Source: the human T2T-CHM13v2.0 reference genome, Homo sapiens
Strand: one strand, 5' to 3'
Length of the DNA: 64,000 nt
NCBI RefSeq assembly: GCF_009914755.1
Contig: NC_060926.1
A program made the translations under genes and the position numbers. The notes beneath the pieces are model-generated. The model did no database searches, was not told where the DNA came from, and saw only the letters and a program-made list of their open reading frames with translations. Positions 58,200 to 64,000 of this stretch are shown here, one piece after another; within the stretch, counting starts at the first letter, position 1, and the number at the start of each line of letters is the position of its first letter.

Positions 58200-59560
58200 A
58201 CAAATCGATTGCAATTTCCTAGAAGGTGCAGCAAGTTCTCTGCCTGCCTGCCACGTGCGAGACGCTCCACAGCGAGCTTCCCCAGCTCCGGGCAGCAGAA
58301 AGGGGATGGTTCAGAGCCGATCTCCGCATCCCAGGAAGTCCCTAAAATCCGCGCCAGCCCCTCCTCCCGCAGGGCGGGGGCGTCCACGGCGCGAACCCGC
58401 CAGAGGTGTAGGGGGAAGTGTGGGGGGCTGGTCCGCAGCCTTCGAGGGGTGGGGCGACAGGAGCGAGCGGCCGGGGGAGGAGAAAAAGGCGGGCGGCGGG
58501 AGAGGGGGCCTCTATTATCTCGGCTTCTCGGGAGGAGCCTCATCTAGTCAGTCACGCAGAAGTTTCTCTTTCGCTCTTCGCGCTACACACCCAGATTGGC
58601 TTCCAGCGCGCAGGCGAGTGGGGCGAAGGAGGGGGGACAGGAGTCCCGGAAGGGCCGTCCGGCGTTCACACCCACCCCTGTTCCGCTCCTCCCGCCCCAA
58701 ACAAAGTCCCCCGACTGTAGGTCCAGGATACGTTACCTGCCCGGCGCTCCCGGCCCCTCGGTCACCGCATCCCCCGCTGGGCGCGCCTGGTACGGGTCCC
58801 GCTCCCCGGGGCTCACAAAGTGGTCGCCCCTGGCTGGGCGGCTGGGTAGATGCCCCTCTCTGGACATGTTGGGGCGGTTTTTGGGGTGGAGGGAACGCGG
58901 GAAGTGAAAGCGGAGGCTGGGACAAGGGGAACTTACTGATAAAATGGAAAAAAAAAAAGCCCACAGGGCCCAGGTCCTGGCCGGGGGCGAAAGAGGCCTG
59001 TTACCTTTCGGGGGGTCGCGGCCGACCAAGAAGGGAGCCGGGGAGTCGCCCGCCCCCCTCCCCCGGCCCCCGGCCCCCGGCCCCCGGCGGCTGCGGCAGC
59101 TGCACACAGAAGCCCATTGTCGCCGGCGTCCGGCGCGCAGCCCCGCGGACTCGGCCCCGCGGCCAAGCGCGTCAGCGGCCCCGTCAGCCGGGCCGGGCTC
59201 CGTGACGCGCGCGCAGCCCGCGCTATAAATAACCTGCCGCCGGGCGGCTCGGGCGGCTTTCCAGTGACGCTGGGGCGGAGGCGCGGTAGGAGGAGGGCGA
59301 AAGGAAACAATAAAACCGCCCGGCAGCCTCCCAAGTCTCCCTCCTCCCTTCCCAGGCCGCCCGCGGCCCTTCGCGTCGAGCTCCTTTTTCCCCGCCCCGG
59401 CCCGCCCTGCGGGGAGCGCGGTTCGCGGGTGGGAAGGAGCCCGGCGTGCTGGCGTCCCCGAGTGCTGCCGGGGCCCCGGGGCGGGAGGGGGTTTTTCCCG
59501 CACCCTGGGATGGCGAGGAGGGAACTTGGCGACAAGTTTAGTGAGGGGATCGCTGTGTTC
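58200..59560. promoter_or_regulatory. Upstream CpG island: candidate alternative promoter or enhancer
   Basis: Very high GC and CpG. MEF2 consensus CTATAAATAA at 59223-59232, four half-CREs and two minus-strand splice donors. Confidence 0.8.
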
Positions 59561-60289
59561 CTTTCTAGTCCAGTTAAAATGACCCGAGCTTTTCCCGCTC
59601 CCTCACACACCTATTCTAGTACAGGTCGGATGTGTTTTTGGGGTAGTAAGTCCTCAACCGAAAACAAAAGCGAAAAACCTGTCGTCTTCAACGTAAGCAT
59701 TATCTAGGTTTTTGTGGGGCCAGGCTTGCATTAGTGTTTTCATTCGGGGGGTTGTATTATAGAAAGGGTGCCCCGTAGTAGCAGCGTGAGGAAGGGTTCC
59801 AGGACCCAGGCTGTCAGCTCCGGTGCATTTACAGGTCTTTTTGCCGTAGAATTTAGCATAGGCCTGAAACATGGCATAAATGAACTTTCTAAAAGTCTAT
59901 AATCTCAACGTTAAAGAGCTTACTTTTTAACTCTGGACTTTAATAAAGGCTCCCACTTTAAAAGGGGCTTTCTCTATAGGAAAGTATTAATATTTTTGTG
60001 GAGACTCTCACTGCTACCTTCCATACTCAGGCAATTCTGTCACACACCCTGACACTTGTCCTACTCATTAAGGTACCCACATACAACTGGAGGTAATCTG
60101 TTTTCTTGGACCAACAATTAATAGACTATAAAACTGTATTTCGTCTTGAGCAAAATGTCTCAGCTATGAACATGTTTTCTGAGGTTCTGATATAGACATA
60201 GATAAAAATTTGCAGATGCAAGCAAGGTGTTGCAGTGACTTGGCATGGTTAGAGTGAGTTACTAGTGTTGGGGGAAATGGTTCTTAGTT

Positions 60290-60500
60290 CACTAGTGAGG
60301 CAAAGTGGTATAGTAGAAGGTTCTCTGAGCTGGGGTTTAGAAGATAAAGAAATTTGAGTTTTAATTATGTCTTCACTGTACTTTTCTGTGCCACCTTGCA
60401 GAAACCACGGCCTTTCTCTGCCGCACTTTCTTCATTAACATTAAGGACTGATAGTTCCTTTTCTACCCTTACATTCTAGGATGTTAAAGGATATTGTGTC
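60290..60500 (+). mobile_element. Degraded MIR-like element
   Basis: gaggcaaagtggtatagtagaagg...ctggggtttagaaga resembles the MIR 5' tRNA-like head. Confidence 0.5.
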
Positions 60501-62239
60501 CAGGGATAAAGTTTTATCAAATAAACATAAGCACCCAGTGTCTCATGGGAGACAGGTAACAAATGTAGATTAATTTGGTGTTCTGACATTTTAAAATTTT
60601 GTACATCTTAAAATATATTAGGGCCACTTCAGGAAAATAATGAATTAAAATATACCATTAAAACTATTTTAAGAGGAAAAACTAGTCACAGTCTGCCTCA
60701 TTTACAGGACAGCAGACATATTTACAGTCTAATGATGTCACAGGCCCTTTCCAACACCACGTTTTCTCATGTGAGCAAATGGATTATGGGTAGCAAAATG
60801 CAATGAGATCACTTTCTCCAATTTTGCTCCCATTTCTGGTTTGTGTGGTTTTTAAAAGGAATGTTTCCGTTGAAAGACACTGAATTGTTTATCACTAAGT
60901 GGTGTTATTGAGACAAGGGAAAGTTTTCTGATTTATCAGTCAGAATATGCTTTATTCTTCTTTCTTCAGGTTGGTGAATCAGAAAACATAAAAGTGGCAA
61001 AATAAGTTTAGAGCCAAAACATTTGCTTCATATGGTCACCGCCAAAGTGTGATCACAACTAAAAGTTAACCAATATTTTTCCAGTTCCAAAAGCACATCT
61101 GTCTCTCTTTCCCATAAAATGTTTGATATGTCTAATTTAACTTAGCCTTAAGGTTCTTTCTTCTGCTCCTTATAAAGAGGTATTTTTCTTTCACTGCTAT
61201 TTTCCTGAAACACTGAGCTTCTCTCATAATTTTAAATTAAAGCCCTTTTGCTTACTTCTTATCCCTTTTTAACGTGATGTTCCATTTTCCATTATCCCTG
61301 CCCTTAAAAATTTAATAGGATGAGAACTAGCATATATTGGCGAAATTTGAAACATGCCCGATTTTAGAGGGGAGGGAGGAAACAAGATTAGCTTTAGAAC
61401 CAGTAGAAATACAGTAAAACAACCAGTTTCCTCAAAACTAACAAAAACAAAAAAATCATAACGAAATTCGTGAAATAGGGGACTGAAAATACGGAAAATA
61501 TTTTATCTGGATCTCATTGATAACATAAAGCTTGTTACAATTTTTCAAACATAGTGAATGTTTTAGAATGTGAACATTTCCCAATCTTCTGAAGTTTCTG
61601 TCTACCTGAGGTTAAATCCTTTGAAAGACTCCTCTACAGCAACAGTATTGAAGAATTTATTAGAGAAACTACAGTGAACTCTTGCCTTATTACTCAGTTA
61701 ATCCTGATCTATATTTAGAGAGTGGTGCCAGCCAGGTTGAGGCTTCAAAGGAATGAGCACAAATATTTACCATATCCTGTGCAGTAGAGTTTTGGTGATT
61801 GAAATGAAAATTCATCTTGGAAAATATCACTGAAGTTATAGTATAAGCAAATCTCAGCAACCTTCAAATGAATAAATAGAAGGTTAACAAGAAAAGTGAT
61901 GAGGGATTCTCAGTATTCCAAATGAAAGAAAAGAGACAACTCAGATTTAGAGGTAGGAGCCTTCTTCATTTAAAAGGCCAAGAAATTCAGGCAGACAGTG
62001 TCTTAAAAATAAGGGTGACTAAATTCAGGAAAATTACAGGGCTCCCAACATTAGTTAAAAATGTGGACATATACGCACATAACCGGCCCTTCTGATGAGG
62101 CTGTCCTGATTTTAATGGGTAATGCCTCAAGCTGCCCAGACTTTGGTATCCTCCCATTGATGGGAGCCACTGCAAACAACTTTGTTGTTCTAGTATAAAT
62201 TATCAACCTCCAACTAGGATTTGTTAACTATGAATTTTT

Positions 62240-62700
62240 TAAAATCCTCTGTGTGGGTTTAGGGTCCTAGACTTGTTTGCCCTCGGTTTCATTCCTGGTT
62301 CTTCTTTCCCCTCCTCTGGTCCATATCACAGGGACACTAATCCCTGCAAGCTGCATTTCCAAGCTTCCTTGTGAGCTGGTTGCCAGCTGGGTTTGAATGG
62401 GAAGCTGGAGGAGGACAGTGGAGAGCTGGAGGGTAGGAAAAGCTAGGGTGTTCCCCACCACACTGCCACACTCCAGCTCCGGCCAAGTGATCCATGACCT
62501 CTGACCCTGTGCCCCGGTATCACAGCCTCTTTCCTTTATTCTTCCATTTTGGAGTCACAGTGCCTTCATCCTTTTGAAAAATAACTGTCCCTTTTTTGGT
62601 TTCTTAGCTCTGTTCTCACCTGTTTTACAAATTTATTGAATTAAATTCTCCCTATGTTAAATACTCAGAGCAGTTTCTGTTTTCCTGGTTGGAGCCTGAA
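62240..62700 (+). mobile_element. Old ERVL LTR (LTR33-like)
   Basis: ctgcatttccaagcttccttgtgagctggttgcc...ttaaattctccctatgttaaatactcagagcagtttctgttttcctg. Confidence 0.6.
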
Positions 62701-64000
62701 TCCATATATCCCTTTGACAGGCATTACTGGACCGTATACACGGAAAATTCGATTATTCCTTGAATTTCTTTTGCTAGGAATTCTTTTTTAAAATGTGCTA
62801 CTTAGAAGTGCTAATAAAGGGTTCAGTCCTCAGAAAAGCAGGATAAAACCTAGTACACTTTAAAAAATCAATTTCCTGTGGGCATAATATTAAAAATTAT
62901 AAACACAAAATATTACATAACTTCTCGTAAGTCAGAACAGGGCAAATACATAGCTGAGGCTGAGACATAAATTCCATGCCAATAAGAAGGGTGGCATATA
63001 ATACCTGTCAAGGCTTAATTTACATCACACATTTGTGAGGCCTACTCATTCACTAGCTTGTTTGCCAATGGTCTCCGCCTCCTCAGATCTTAAACGAGAG
63101 AAGGAGAGAGAGAAAGAAGAAGACACTTACATTACTAATTTGAAACTTTATTATATATGTGATTCCTTGGAATAATATTTTGAAATCTACATCATGTCTG
63201 TATTTTTCTTTTCCCTGTATTTTCTGCTATTGCTTCTCTCCTCCCTCTCCACCCCTGTAAGCAGATCTCCTACTGGGTGTTCATTGTCCCAAGAAGAGGT
63301 AAAAGGAAATGCAAACAAAAATGATCTATGAGTATTTATGGCTTTGTTTTATAAAATCCTAAATTCTTAAGAAAAAGAATCCAGAGTATCTGGAAGAAGC
63401 TTCAAAGGGGAAAATATTTTTCTGAAACTGTTAAAAGGATTCCCATGGGCACATACAAGGGGAGAGAGACAGAACGATTAGGTTTCCTGAGGGAGAAACA
63501 AGGAACTAGAAGCTGATACTGGGGAAGTAGCCCAAGTAAGAAGAGGCCAGGGTAGACTTGGCAAAGGAATCCCAAGAGGTTGTGGTTTTAGCATCCAGGT
63601 GTGTCACGGGAGACAAATCATCACACAAATACTACCTAGACCTTACTCATCTGTACTAGAGATTGCACTAGTTCTTCTTTCCATTGACCGGTCTTCACCC
63701 TAGGGAGCCAAAGTGACTGGTCAAGACTTGTACAGGAGCCACCAGGAGGGATCTCTGTATTTCTTTGTTCTCTGTACTTGAACAAATGTAAATTGCCACC
63801 ACAGGGCACGAGCCTGCTGGAGAACAGAGCCAACACAGAGAAAATGGATCCAGGAGATGAAGATGGAGAAACTGGGTGCTGAAGACCTTTGAGCTGTTTT
63901 TGGAGCTAGACTGATCACTGGACTTTCAAATCATATGAGTAAATTTGTTCTCTTTTAGGTGAAGTTAGCTTGGATTGAATTTTCTGTCATTTGAAATAGA

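Noticed and set aside
58087-59205. 372-aa ORF on the plus strand and overlapping 200-250 aa ORFs on both strands
   Set aside because: It starts at TTG, is Arg/Pro/Gly/Ala-rich with no recognisable domain, and several frames are open at once. This is the expected stop-codon depletion of a CpG island.

Overview
This is hominoid (human or great-ape) genomic DNA, with no prokaryotic features. It holds the complete NR4A2 (NURR1) nuclear receptor gene on the minus strand. Non-coding exons 1 (~49463-49168) and 2 (47479-47356) are followed by six coding exons (46874-46011, 45221-45092, 44702-44539, 43608-43406, 43017-42839, 42689-42433). These splice to 1797 nt (598 aa plus stop) with GT-AG at every junction, and the 3'UTR runs to about 41120. 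CpG islands flank the gene downstream (36.4-39.7 kb), at the promoter (48.7-51.7 kb) and upstream (58.2-59.6 kb). The gene lies in a ~24 kb stretch with no recognisable Alu, L1 or LTR, while the first 36 kb is a repeat-rich intergenic tract. The best leads are: an SVA with a one-directional A>G excess relative to the consensus as I recall it, a fossil hAT transposase containing a perfect 23-bp-arm hairpin, an upstream MEF2/half-CRE island sharing an exact 15-mer with the proximal promoter, a uORF that becomes an N-terminal extension if exon 2 is skipped, and Ala instead of Gly at NURR1 residue 118. Repeat subfamily names and comparisons to human reference sequences come from memory and need database confirmation. 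I found no evidence of a new protein-coding system.
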